Source: a virus. Taken from it: a stretch of DNA of 64,000 nucleotides. The translations under genes and the position numbers were made by a program. Shown here one piece after another: positions 6,583-16,108 of the stretch (the stretch's first letter is position 1; every line of letters starts with the position of its first letter). The notes beneath the pieces were generated by a model. It did no database searches and was not told where the DNA came from. It saw only the letters and a list, made by a program, of their open reading frames with translations. The stretch spans positions 1 to 64,000 of IMG/VR virus record IMGVR_UViG_3300045738_002037; one strand, written 5' to 3'.

Positions 6583-9500
6583 TTATCCAGCTTTCGGAGG
6601 TTTAGTACCTGTGCCATCGTCTTTCTTGACTTTCGGCCCAATGCTGTCCAGCTTGTCAAGCTCACCTTTAGACATTTTTACTTTAGGCACTTCTCGCTTG
6701 TCACCGCTAACAAGCTTGGTATACTTGCTACTTTTAGGATCTGTGATGTCTTTATCTTCTGCGACACCTTCCTCCTCCTCTTCTTCCTCTTCTGCTGGCT
6801 CTACTGGCCCTACTGGCTCCACTGGTTCTTCACCACTAACTTCTTCAACACCTTCAACACCTTCAACGCCTTCAACGCCTTCAACGCCTTCAATTTCTCC
6901 ACCTTCCATGTTTTCAAAATCAGGCATTTCATCGGCAACGTCCGCCATCGGCTCTGCTTCTATGTCTGGAGGAACCACAGTATCTACCGGACTCATGTCC
7001 GGAACTTCCGGGACTTCCGGAAGAGCCTCGACGTCACCGGCAATCATGTCATCTCCAACTTCACTAACTTCCACATCCGAATCCACCTCTACCGAGATCG
7101 ACCCATCAGCATTAGCCGTAATAGTTGCTATGGCTTCTTTCAATGCATCATCTTCTTCTTCACTAATTGGCCGCAACTGTTCAATATTAGCAGAAAGCCA
7201 TTCAATGAAAGCGTCTGCATGGCCATCGGATAACCCAGCCGCAGCAAATGCGCTTTCCTGAACTTCTTCTGGCAATGGAACTTCAACACTGCCATCTTCA
7301 CTTAAAATCACTGGGGGAAGCTGAGAATCATTCCCACCATGGTCGAAAATGAAATTAACACCGTTAAATTGACCTGATTTACCGTCAACTTGCTCTTCAA
7401 CCCATTGCAATTCGTTTTCTGCACTCTCTGTTGCGTTAACGCTAGATCTCCTTAGACCCATTCTGCGTCGACGTGTGCCATCCTTGTATTGGTCTTCGCC
7501 CAGATCTTCAACATCTAAACCCTCTTCGCTATCGTTAGTGGGGTCGTCATCCATCTGCTTGTCGGTTAGTTCAGAAATCGGCGGTTGCAAGTTAAAATAA
7601 CTATCGCCCACTTCACTAAAACTACGAACTGCTTCGTCAATAGCCGGACCAATTTTATTATCCGGAATTCTTAAACCGATCGCTTCGATGCTAGCCTTTG
7701 CCAAATCTTCAAGGTTTTCCGCTAATGCTCCGCCCTTGAGATTATTCTCTTCGGCAAGCCTATTCATAATTTCGACAATTTTCGAAAGATCTGAGGAATC
7801 TTCCAAGACTGTGGAACCGTAATCACTCATGTCAATTGATGCGTTATCATTAAAAGCATATGGGTCATGGCTTTCTTCCCATGGTTTACCACTGGTTCTC
7901 TCTTCTTTTTCTTTTTTCAAATTGTCGTAACGCTTACTTCCAACTGCTTTCCCATCATCATCAGAATCATCGGAATCATCATCATCATCATCGGAATCAG
8001 CCCCAAATTGATACTGTTTAAGATGGTCGGCACTTTTTTGCTCGATGAAATACTCGTCGCCACTCCCCGCCACGGGAGCTTCTAGGGAATCGCCGGTTGC
8101 ATCCTTGTACGCTTGAAAGATTTGATCTGCGGTTGCCTTATCAATTCTTGTGCCTTTGGGATATTTGGCGTATATTTTTTTATCCATACTGGCAACCTGG
8201 CGCTCGACGTCTTCACTTAAAGCTTTCTTAGCCCGCTTACTCTCAAACGGAGATTCATCGTCGAACTCTTCTTCCTCCTCTTCTCCAAATTCTTCTTCCT
8301 CTTCTCCACCTAAAAGATCAGCAAGGCTTTCTTCGCCTTCTTCTTCCTCTTCTCCAAGATCTTCTTCACCAAAATCACCAAGATCGCCAAGATCGCCAAG
8401 ATCTTCTCCGCCTTCGCCTTCACCACCAGAAACATTGCTGCCGCCAATTTGAATCAACGGAGCATTAATATTAATAATTGGCGCTCCGCCGCCCTCAACA
8501 TCGAGATCCCCAAGACCCCCTCCAAGATCATCAAGGCCTTCGGATTCCTCATCAGGCATTTCATCGTCGCCGGGCATTATATCAAAATCACTTAGACCTT
8601 CATTGGCCGTAAGTTCTTCTTGAACTGTGGCAATCAAATCTTCAGCTTCATAAATAGCACTATCATCAAACTCAGGATCTTTTAAACGTTCAATAAGATC
8701 ATTAAGTTTAGAAGACATGCCGTGAGATTCTTTAATCTTCGGAGTTTTTTCCTTTAAAACTTGAAGAGTGGTAGCTAGAGCTTCTGCTGTCACTTCTCTA
8801 TTTGAAATGGCTTCGAAAATAAGCTCTAAAAACTTATCATAGGCAGCTTCAAAATTCTTAGTCTCGGCAAGAATGTGAACATTTTCCATAAGGACCGGAT
8901 GTTCTACTTTCTGCGCAATGTTAGTCCATTCTTTAATGATCGTGTCTTTATTAATCTTCAAATTAGTACGGTAGAATAAAGTAGACACATCATTGCACAA
9001 TTGTTGATTAAAACAAGCTTTAGAAGCCAAAACATTTTCAATCAATGTCTGAACTTGAATACGATTCAGAAGCGTAAATTCTTCATTCTCATCTAAAAAT
9101 GGAGAAATGACCTTTACCGCTTCTTCAATTTTATCAGCATAAACTAATTTGGATATACTATAAATGCGATTTTGAAATCCTGGGGACCAATATGCTTCCC
9201 CAGCAGCTTCGCGCATTTGCTTGCCAATTAATTTACGGGCGGCCCATTTAGTAACCGGAAGTTTTACTTCTTCACCATCATTAAATTGGCCCTTAATTGC
9301 GGAACCACCTTCCACAACCACTTTATCACGCAAAGCTTCTACAATAGCAGCAATAATCTTAGGCCGAACATCTTCGTCAATAGAACTACCGCTGGCAATC
9401 TTAACATGCCGCGTAATACCATCTTTAGTTCTCACCATGCCTGAATATGGAATGGCTCTTCCGCTAAATCGCTGCGAAGACATTTTATTAAACGCCGTGC

Positions 9501-9891
9501 CCATGCCCTTTTGATCATTGGCCTCAATAGATTCAACAAGTTTGAGGCAATTTTGCTCAAACAATTGCTGCTTTTCTTCTTCTACAACTAACAAAGGACG
9601 GATATTTTCAATAGTGATCTTTCCGCCTTTTTCACGTTTACAATCAGCAAGAAAATAATCATGGGTATCAGTATCTTCAATAAACAATTCACCAACATAT
9701 TGCTGATTGCGGTTAATTTGCTTAATTTTAAAAGACGCAAGTTGCCAATTTTTACCGGCTGCCTTGCCCATTTCCATTACTTTGTTTTCATAGAAAGTTA
9801 TCTTGGACTGCACTGAATCGTTAAGTGCTCCCAGAAACTTTCGGCTGTCCATTTTAACTGGACTAGCCACTGTTTCTTGATTTTGAGCCAT
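6583..9891 (-). CDS. Large acidic protein, probable prohead core/internal scaffold
   Basis: 1102 aa; helical N-half, D/E/G low-complexity C-half with EGV repeats; sits between portal and protease (T4 gp67/gp68 position). Confidence 0.6.
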   Translation of the reverse strand: MAQNQETVASPVKMDSRKFLGALNDSVQSKITFYENKVMEMGKAAGKNWQLASFKIKQINRNQQYVGELFIEDTDTHDYFLADCKREKGGKITIENIRPLLVVEEEKQQLFEQNCLKLVESIEANDQKGMGTAFNKMSSQRFSGRAIPYSGMVRTKDGITRHVKIASGSSIDEDVRPKIIAAIVEALRDKVVVEGGSAIKGQFNDGEEVKLPVTKWAARKLIGKQMREAAGEAYWSPGFQNRIYSISKLVYADKIEEAVKVISPFLDENEEFTLLNRIQVQTLIENVLASKACFNQQLCNDVSTLFYRTNLKINKDTIIKEWTNIAQKVEHPVLMENVHILAETKNFEAAYDKFLELIFEAISNREVTAEALATTLQVLKEKTPKIKESHGMSSKLNDLIERLKDPEFDDSAIYEAEDLIATVQEELTANEGLSDFDIMPGDDEMPDEESEGLDDLGGGLGDLDVEGGGAPIININAPLIQIGGSNVSGGEGEGGEDLGDLGDLGDFGEEDLGEEEEEGEESLADLLGGEEEEEFGEEEEEEFDDESPFESKRAKKALSEDVERQVASMDKKIYAKYPKGTRIDKATADQIFQAYKDATGDSLEAPVAGSGDEYFIEQKSADHLKQYQFGADSDDDDDDSDDSDDDGKAVGSKRYDNLKKEKEERTSGKPWEESHDPYAFNDNASIDMSDYGSTVLEDSSDLSKIVEIMNRLAEENNLKGGALAENLEDLAKASIEAIGLRIPDNKIGPAIDEAVRSFSEVGDSYFNLQPPISELTDKQMDDDPTNDSEEGLDVEDLGEDQYKDGTRRRRMGLRRSSVNATESAENELQWVEEQVDGKSGQFNGVNFIFDHGGNDSQLPPVILSEDGSVEVPLPEEVQESAFAAAGLSDGHADAFIEWLSANIEQLRPISEEEDDALKEAIATITANADGSISVEVDSDVEVSEVGDDMIAGDVEALPEVPEVPDMSPVDTVVPPDIEAEPMADVADEMPDFENMEGGEIEGVEGVEGVEGVEGVEEVSGEEPVEPVGPVEPAEEEEEEEEGVAEDKDITDPKSSKYTKLVSGDKREVPKVKMSKGELDKLDSIGPKVKKDDGTGTKPPKAG

Positions 9892-9970
9892 TCTATTCTT
9901 CTCCTATCGATAATGTAGGCTTCCGCATCTGCTATAATAATTTTGAACGAAAGTGCAATTGATTATTTAA

Positions 9971-11923
9971 TTATGAAGATGTTTTGTCTACAGGCAAATC
10001 ATCTTCAGTAATAATAGAAGATTGAACAATGGGTACCGACCCACCCATTAGAACTCTTTTTATTTCTTTAATTACACTATCACGCTCTTCTTCATCAACA
10101 GACCATTCCACAAGAAGGCCCGGATCATTCGGGTCATATGCACTGTCTTCAGAAATCGTTTTAGTAAGACCATCTAATTCTTTTATTTCCATTAAATGGT
10201 CATAACCGTTTACTATTTCAGGTTTTTCATTATCACCATTGCCAAATCTATCAGCCCATTTCTCAAGTATCTTTTTAACTTCTTTCCTTTGTCCTTGGCG
10301 GGCAAGTTCCATTATTATACGTTTTTCAGCCTTAATATCTAAACCTTCTTCGGCTTCTTCACCACCACCACCGCCGCCCATCAAAGCCTCCAAACCACCT
10401 GTGTCTCCACCCTCTTCTCCACCCTCTTCTCCACCTTCCATGCCTTCTTCTCCACCTTCCATGCCTTCTTCTCCACCTTCCATGCCTTCTTCTCCACCTA
10501 TTCCCATTGCTCCTGCAGGGCCGCCGCCGCCGGGACCACCATTTTTGGCCATATCTTCCATATCTTTTAATTCTTCAATTTCATCTGGCGACAGATCAGT
10601 GAATCTTGTCACAATCCACTCTTTCGGAAACCACCCAAGGTCTTTAAGATCGGCCATAACTCCAACGCGAGTTTGCCATGTTTCTATTCTATACAATTCT
10701 TCCATCGCAGAAGTAGCTGTCAACGCAAGGCTAAACTTTTTAATATCTTCAGCAGGATATCCACGCAATGCCAAATGAACAATGGCTACTTTAGTTAAAC
10801 CAGAAGACACTTCCCTTTGGATCCACTGAACAGATTTGGCAAATTCTGCATGTGATTGAGACAATGATTTTTCATTGGCTTCGCCAGACCCATCGCCAAT
10901 TCCAACCCTAGAAAATGGGATCTTCATTGGGGCAATCATTTTCTTCTTAAAATATTCGATATCTGCTATTTGATCTAAATTTTCAGCACCCGGAAGAACA
11001 TCAATATCTGGGCCAGTGCCGTCTGGTCTACGTGGCAAGAAGAAATCATCTTCTTGAATTAATGGAGAATATCGTTCATCAAATGTGCCGGTTGCTGGAT
11101 TATAAAATCGTTGCCGTTTAAATTGCCTCGCAATCATTTGCATGTATTCAGGCACTTCTTTTGGTGGGATCAAGCCAACCGGTATAATAAACTTCCTCTT
11201 TTCTGGAGCACGCGTAATTCTATAAATTAATGCGGCATCTTCCATCAATCGTAATTGTTTAAATGCTTTTCGGCCACCATCCATAATACTGCGGCCATAT
11301 GGATGATAAATATTCTCAAAACTAGTCAACCGCAAATGCATAACTTGCCATGGATGCATAAAAGTTGGTTCTTGCGTAAATTCATCTTGATAAAAGAACC
11401 CAACTAAATCACCATATCGCGTTTCTACACGTGTAAAATTATAAACATTTATAAATTTTACAGAACCAATGCCATCTCTGTTTTTATCCGGTATTATCTC
11501 AGCCGGAAAGTCACCATACTTACATAAATATCTTATAGCCGGACGACAATAATTGTCCCACTGCAATATGTTAAAAAATAAATCTTCCAATTCTTTCTTA
11601 ATTCTTGAACTTCCCGCTCGAATCACTAATGTGTGCTTTCGTTCAGGGTCAACTAACGAAGTTTCGTCAGCATAAAGATCCAAAGCGAGTGATATCTCGC
11701 CCATTTGATCCATTTGTTCATAATCTTTATAGCGTTCTAACCTATTAATTTGTAGGTTAGTTTGATCAAGAATTGCCGCTTGCTGATTAAAATCTAAAAA
11801 TTCTGCGCCAGCGGTTAGCCTATCCAAAGACGTTTGATCTTGGAATATTCTATCTGCTTGATATATTTTATGCTGACGCGTAAACGCGCGCAGTCTGTCA
11901 AATAACAGCCAATTGCTGGGCAT
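9971..11923 (-). CDS. gp20: Portal protein (gp20-like)
   Basis: PYGRSI, QLRLMEDAALIYRITRAPEKR, EDDFFLPRR, LPGAENL, DIEYF motifs. Confidence 0.96.
   Translation of the reverse strand: MPSNWLLFDRLRAFTRQHKIYQADRIFQDQTSLDRLTAGAEFLDFNQQAAILDQTNLQINRLERYKDYEQMDQMGEISLALDLYADETSLVDPERKHTLVIRAGSSRIKKELEDLFFNILQWDNYCRPAIRYLCKYGDFPAEIIPDKNRDGIGSVKFINVYNFTRVETRYGDLVGFFYQDEFTQEPTFMHPWQVMHLRLTSFENIYHPYGRSIMDGGRKAFKQLRLMEDAALIYRITRAPEKRKFIIPVGLIPPKEVPEYMQMIARQFKRQRFYNPATGTFDERYSPLIQEDDFFLPRRPDGTGPDIDVLPGAENLDQIADIEYFKKKMIAPMKIPFSRVGIGDGSGEANEKSLSQSHAEFAKSVQWIQREVSSGLTKVAIVHLALRGYPAEDIKKFSLALTATSAMEELYRIETWQTRVGVMADLKDLGWFPKEWIVTRFTDLSPDEIEELKDMEDMAKNGGPGGGGPAGAMGIGGEEGMEGGEEGMEGGEEGMEGGEEGGEEGGDTGGLEALMGGGGGGEEAEEGLDIKAEKRIIMELARQGQRKEVKKILEKWADRFGNGDNEKPEIVNGYDHLMEIKELDGLTKTISEDSAYDPNDPGLLVEWSVDEEERDSVIKEIKRVLMGGSVPIVQSSIITEDDLPVDKTSS
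10404..10498. repeat. Coding tandem repeats (GGEEGME, 21 bp x3, plus GGEE 12-bp units) in the portal C-terminal region
   Basis: TTCTCCACCTTCCATGCCTTC repeated. Confidence 0.85.
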
Positions 11924-11976
11924 AAGATTCTACCATATTATAGACTTTAATAGTATATTTACCAAAGACATATCGT

Positions 11977-13923
11977 TTACTGTCTTTTGTCAAAATATTT
12001 TCTAGGATCAACAACAGGATTTCCATCGCTTATTGGTATACCACCCAATTGCATCATATATTTCTCCAATTCTCTTTGAGCACTAACATCCGGCAAATCA
12101 TCAATTTCAGCAGCCATAGGCATCAATAATGATGGGCCGCCTTTATCAACAAACTCTTTTTGCATTTCAATAGTAGCAGGTTGGACAAAAAAATCGTCAT
12201 TGTCATTGCTAGTGGCATGTGGCACTAAACTACTAGCATCAACTGAAAATGCGTCCCTAGTACCTATAAACGCAAGTGCTAAGGCCATTACCAAGTCATC
12301 ATGGTTACTAGTGCCTTCTTCAGCTTCAGTTCTGCCAGTATCACGTCCCATCCTGTCTTTTTTGCGAACATAAATTTGCAGTTGTTTTAATAGTCGGCGG
12401 CTTTTAATATCATACCCTTCACCGTCATCTCTAATATTGTCCAACAGCAATTTGTTCAATGTGGCTTTGCTAGACTGACTAGTGAAAAACCCATAATTTG
12501 CGACTTGCAGCGCACGTTGGTGGCTTGATTGACGTGGTTTATCGTTAATGCTTTTTTTACGCCATATTCTGGGATACATCACGTTATAACGTAATTCATC
12601 GATGAGAATGTCGCCGCCATTATTACGCTCAACCACACACAAAGCACAATTATACCAACGCCCGATTCTATCAATATATTTCACCAAATCACGAGGTAAA
12701 CATCTAGTCATAAATTCAGCAACTTGTTCCATAGTATCAATGTCCAACACCTGTATGGCATGGTAATCTTTACCTTTGCCAGTGGCAGTGTCAACACCCA
12801 TAACATAAGAATGAGATGCCGATGGCGATTCTATTATTTTATCATTAAGTCTCTTTTCAGGCGTCGCAACAACTGGCCTTTTCCAAACCCACAATCCTTC
12901 TCCAGGCTCGTTAAATGTGAAATTGAGTTCTTCTGCATCACCACTAACAGGATGCACATAAGTTTGCGAACCAGTTATTTTTTCAAACTCATCGTCAGTT
13001 GTTGTAGACACATGCGCCAATGCTCCCTTAGGTAACACAGTATTACCTGACCCAACAAATGACGCTAAAATTTCTTGCTCAAATTTCCAAGCTTCGCCCT
13101 TATCCTGCAGTGCTTTATATTGTTCTTCTAACCACGGTGACCACCATGGCCCATATTTTTCTATATCAGCTTTAGATTCGCATTTACGTATATCGTCAGT
13201 CGGCGCAATCCTTATGTTCTGGTTAGACAATGGATCTGTGTATTCAATTGACCAGTCCATATCCCACCAATTAATGACAAGAGAATGGAAATTGTTTACA
13301 CCAGCTTCCGCGTCAGTATAAGTGCTCCAATACCAATTGCCTATACCATTAGTTGTAGAAATAACGATAACATTGCCGCCATGCTGTAATGTTGACCAAC
13401 CACCAGCCCATAGTACATCCATATTTTGAATAAATGCGGCTTCGTCGATGATGTTTAATGATGAAGCATTAGACCGAAGTACGTCTGGGTGCGAAGTAAG
13501 CGATCTTATGCTAGAACCATTGGGAAACACTATTTCATGGTCATTTTGTTTAATTGGCTGCCAAAGTCTTTTCATCCACTCTGGCAAATGCTCATACATA
13601 AAAGTTACATTGTTTCTTAAAAAATTCATCGCGTCTAAATCAGTTCTAGATACGATAAGAATTGTCTTATTAGACTGAAACATTGCGAACCATGTCGCAA
13701 ATGCTCCGGCAATTTTAGACGCGCCGGATTGCCGACATTTTCTAAAAATATTAAATCTATGCGTTCTAAAGTGTTTTATAGCAGTCTTTTGATATTTAAA
13801 CGGGCGAAAATCAATAATGCCAGCGCTTGGGTGTTTAACTTTGCCAAAATTACTCAAAAACCAAATTACTGATTGCTGGCACCTTTTTATAATTTGTGCT
13901 TGTTTATTATTAATACTCATCAT
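11977..13923 (-). CDS. gp17: Terminase large subunit (gp17-like)
   Basis: RPFKYQ, RKCRQSG, IIDEAAF (Walker B), ISTTNG, GVDTATG, VERNN, HDDLVMALALA. Confidence 0.96.
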   Translation of the reverse strand: MMSINNKQAQIIKRCQQSVIWFLSNFGKVKHPSAGIIDFRPFKYQKTAIKHFRTHRFNIFRKCRQSGASKIAGAFATWFAMFQSNKTILIVSRTDLDAMNFLRNNVTFMYEHLPEWMKRLWQPIKQNDHEIVFPNGSSIRSLTSHPDVLRSNASSLNIIDEAAFIQNMDVLWAGGWSTLQHGGNVIVISTTNGIGNWYWSTYTDAEAGVNNFHSLVINWWDMDWSIEYTDPLSNQNIRIAPTDDIRKCESKADIEKYGPWWSPWLEEQYKALQDKGEAWKFEQEILASFVGSGNTVLPKGALAHVSTTTDDEFEKITGSQTYVHPVSGDAEELNFTFNEPGEGLWVWKRPVVATPEKRLNDKIIESPSASHSYVMGVDTATGKGKDYHAIQVLDIDTMEQVAEFMTRCLPRDLVKYIDRIGRWYNCALCVVERNNGGDILIDELRYNVMYPRIWRKKSINDKPRQSSHQRALQVANYGFFTSQSSKATLNKLLLDNIRDDGEGYDIKSRRLLKQLQIYVRKKDRMGRDTGRTEAEEGTSNHDDLVMALALAFIGTRDAFSVDASSLVPHATSNDNDDFFVQPATIEMQKEFVDKGGPSLLMPMAAEIDDLPDVSAQRELEKYMMQLGGIPISDGNPVVDPRKYFDKRQ

Positions 13924-14512
13924 TCATTGGCCTATTTAGAATATCATCTAAGTCATCGCCAATGCTCACATTGTTCTGCTGAATATTAATTTGATTTTTA
14001 GCAGCCGCCAATAATTTAGCACCCGCGTCAATCATTTTTACAGCCGTATCATTAACATTAGCTTTAACTTCTACAGCTTTAACTAATGAATCAACGTACA
14101 TTCTAGCAGGTGCTCGATCATTATCTATGGCTTCCCCAATCTGCTCTCTACACAAAACTATAACTTCTTGAGCTTCTTGTCTATCATTGCGGCAAGCAGC
14201 AAATATTTCTTCAGCCATCGTGTCATAACGTTCAAAATATTGAACAATATCTACATCATATTCAGGAACCAATTCGTTCTGCGTATCTTGGGGCTGCAAT
14301 AATATTTGTTTGTCTTTGGGCTTTAAAACATGAGGCTCTAAATCAGAAGATTCGACAGTTGATTCAGATTCAACCGTTTCTTTAGGGATATTGTCAACTT
14401 CATCCAATTGGCCAAGAAGATCCGTTAATTCAGGATCAATATTTTGACCGTCAACGCCTTGGATTCCCCTTTGGCCAACATCGCCATTTTTGTGCTCATT
14501 ATTCATGATCAT
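13910..14512 (-). CDS. Possible terminase small subunit
   Basis: Directly upstream of and overlapping TerL; helical core and C-terminal NINIQQNNV...LDDIL tail. Positional inference only. Confidence 0.45.
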   Translation of the reverse strand: MIMNNEHKNGDVGQRGIQGVDGQNIDPELTDLLGQLDEVDNIPKETVESESTVESSDLEPHVLKPKDKQILLQPQDTQNELVPEYDVDIVQYFERYDTMAEEIFAACRNDRQEAQEVIVLCREQIGEAIDNDRAPARMYVDSLVKAVEVKANVNDTAVKMIDAGAKLLAAAKNQINIQQNNVSIGDDLDDILNRPMNDEY

Positions 14513-15120
14513 GCCTTTATTAAACCACGAATATCATATACCCAATCCACGTTGATACTATTTCCACACCAGCTATTATCACTCAACATGCGGGTTAATA
14601 AATCATGTAAAGATTTTTTATCATTAACATTGCTTAAATCGCATTCCTCTATCGACTTATCAATATTATCATTTACAAACTGTACTGCTTCATCATATTT
14701 ACCGACCTGTTCTACAACTTGTTCTGTAACTTTTTGCCTTTCAGTACGAGCACTCCTACGTCTGGCTTGCCTACCACGACCGTTAGATTTAGATCTATTA
14801 GATGGCCGTCTTTTAGGCGTTGGAACTTCTGGTTCAGGGTCTAATGGTTGACGCCCAGTTTTATCAATATGCGAAGCAGTAGGGTCAATTCTAGTGCGTT
14901 CTCTAACTCTATTGATCACAGACAAAGATTCATTGATAAATTCATCAAATTCAGCAGCAGTTACATTCCCCGCTTTAATCTTTTTTAAAATTGACTCATG
15001 CATTTTTGTAGATTTCTTTGCTATTTCTGGAAAATAATGATGCGGTGCTAATTCGCCATTAACATATTCTATTGTTGTCCATTCCCCAGGCGCATGTTCC
15101 CATATAAAATCATGATCCAT
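14509..15120 (-). CDS. Hypothetical protein with Arg-rich central segment
   Basis: Track ORF 14509..15180; ATG 15120 just after the upstream stop (TAAGATG) is the likelier start. Confidence 0.65.
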   Translation of the reverse strand: MDHDFIWEHAPGEWTTIEYVNGELAPHHYFPEIAKKSTKMHESILKKIKAGNVTAAEFDEFINESLSVINRVRERTRIDPTASHIDKTGRQPLDPEPEVPTPKRRPSNRSKSNGRGRQARRRSARTERQKVTEQVVEQVGKYDEAVQFVNDNIDKSIEECDLSNVNDKKSLHDLLTRMLSDNSWCGNSINVDWVYDIRGLIKA

Positions 15121-15121
15121 C

Positions 15122-16108
15122 TTAATCTTCTTCGAATTCCATATTAGATCTTCGCTTTTGCTCATTTCTAATAGGATCAACTATCTTGTTCAATGGAGAA
15201 TCTGTAAATTCAAAACTTCTTAACTTAATAAGACGAATAAACCCAGTAATAATAGATCTAGACAAACCAGATTTTTCCACTAATTTACCGATTATGCCGT
15301 CATGCGGTCTAGCATCATTATGAATTAGCCACTCCAATGATTCTAAAACTAAAAGGTGGTCATCGTTATATTTGCAAAGTTGCCGGGCTTCATTTAAAAA
15401 ACGATCTATTACATCGCTAATCGGTTTAGATTTATTCTCTAAATGAGAAACATATGACCCAGAATTTTTCTTATCACGACCCTCTTTTTTAATGTAAGCC
15501 AATATCACAGTTCTAGCAATTTGCGACCACATATTAAACACTTTAGACATACCGCGATATAATATCGTTTCAGAGCCGCCGTATAAACCTTGAACAGGTT
15601 CAACAATCGGGTCGTTATATAATTCATGTTGACAATGAGGGCATTTACCATTGACCAATTTTATTGTTTCATCCATTGTCTTGATTCCATACTCATATTC
15701 AGCTGGATGGTAAAGTATAGAATCAGATGGACGGTCGGGATTAAAACACACACGGCAATGTGGCCTACCGCGATATTTATAGAGGGTTCTTTCTATTTGA
15801 ACCCAAGCTGTCTGTAATAAATCTCCGAACGCAGAATCGTCATGTCCGGGATAAATAGTATGCAAGCCTTGCTTGCGTATAATTTGCCTAATAAGTTCTG
15901 TGGCATTGGACATTATTTGATCGCGCAATCTTACTCTTGTGCAACCTGTCCACAAATACTGCGTTAAATGCCATTCAACGATTTCATTTATAAAATATAA
16001 TTTACGGGCTAATTCTTCTGGTGTCGCAGAAGGTCTAATTACTACCGGTGACCTTTTTGGGAATTCGGAATCTTGATTTGATGAGTTTTGGGCCATCAAC
16101 ACTGCCAT
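15122..16108 (-). CDS. gp55-like late sigma factor with zinc-ribbon insertion
   Basis: DLLQTAWVQI...YKY (region 2.2) and KVFNMWSQIARTVILAYIKKE (cf. gp55 AFAYFTQI...I.KE); CRVC/CPHC insert between them; no region 4 evident. Confidence 0.6.
   Translation of the reverse strand: MAVLMAQNSSNQDSEFPKRSPVVIRPSATPEELARKLYFINEIVEWHLTQYLWTGCTRVRLRDQIMSNATELIRQIIRKQGLHTIYPGHDDSAFGDLLQTAWVQIERTLYKYRGRPHCRVCFNPDRPSDSILYHPAEYEYGIKTMDETIKLVNGKCPHCQHELYNDPIVEPVQGLYGGSETILYRGMSKVFNMWSQIARTVILAYIKKEGRDKKNSGSYVSHLENKSKPISDVIDRFLNEARQLCKYNDDHLLVLESLEWLIHNDARPHDGIIGKLVEKSGLSRSIITGFIRLIKLRSFEFTDSPLNKIVDPIRNEQKRRSNMEFEED

Noticed and set aside
6512-10778. Long plus-strand Ser/Pro-rich ORFs (6512..7261, 8150..8452, 10239..10778), and similar ones opposite the tape measure and fibre genes
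   Set aside because: Antisense shadows of low-complexity GAA/GGA-rich or Ala/Thr-rich coding sequence; no SD or protein-like features.
13715-13745. Terminase Walker A lacking the usual GKT/S lysine (RKCRQSGASK) as a sign of inactivation
   Set aside because: Deviant Walker A motifs with an upstream Lys are known in terminases, and all other ATPase and nuclease motifs are intact.
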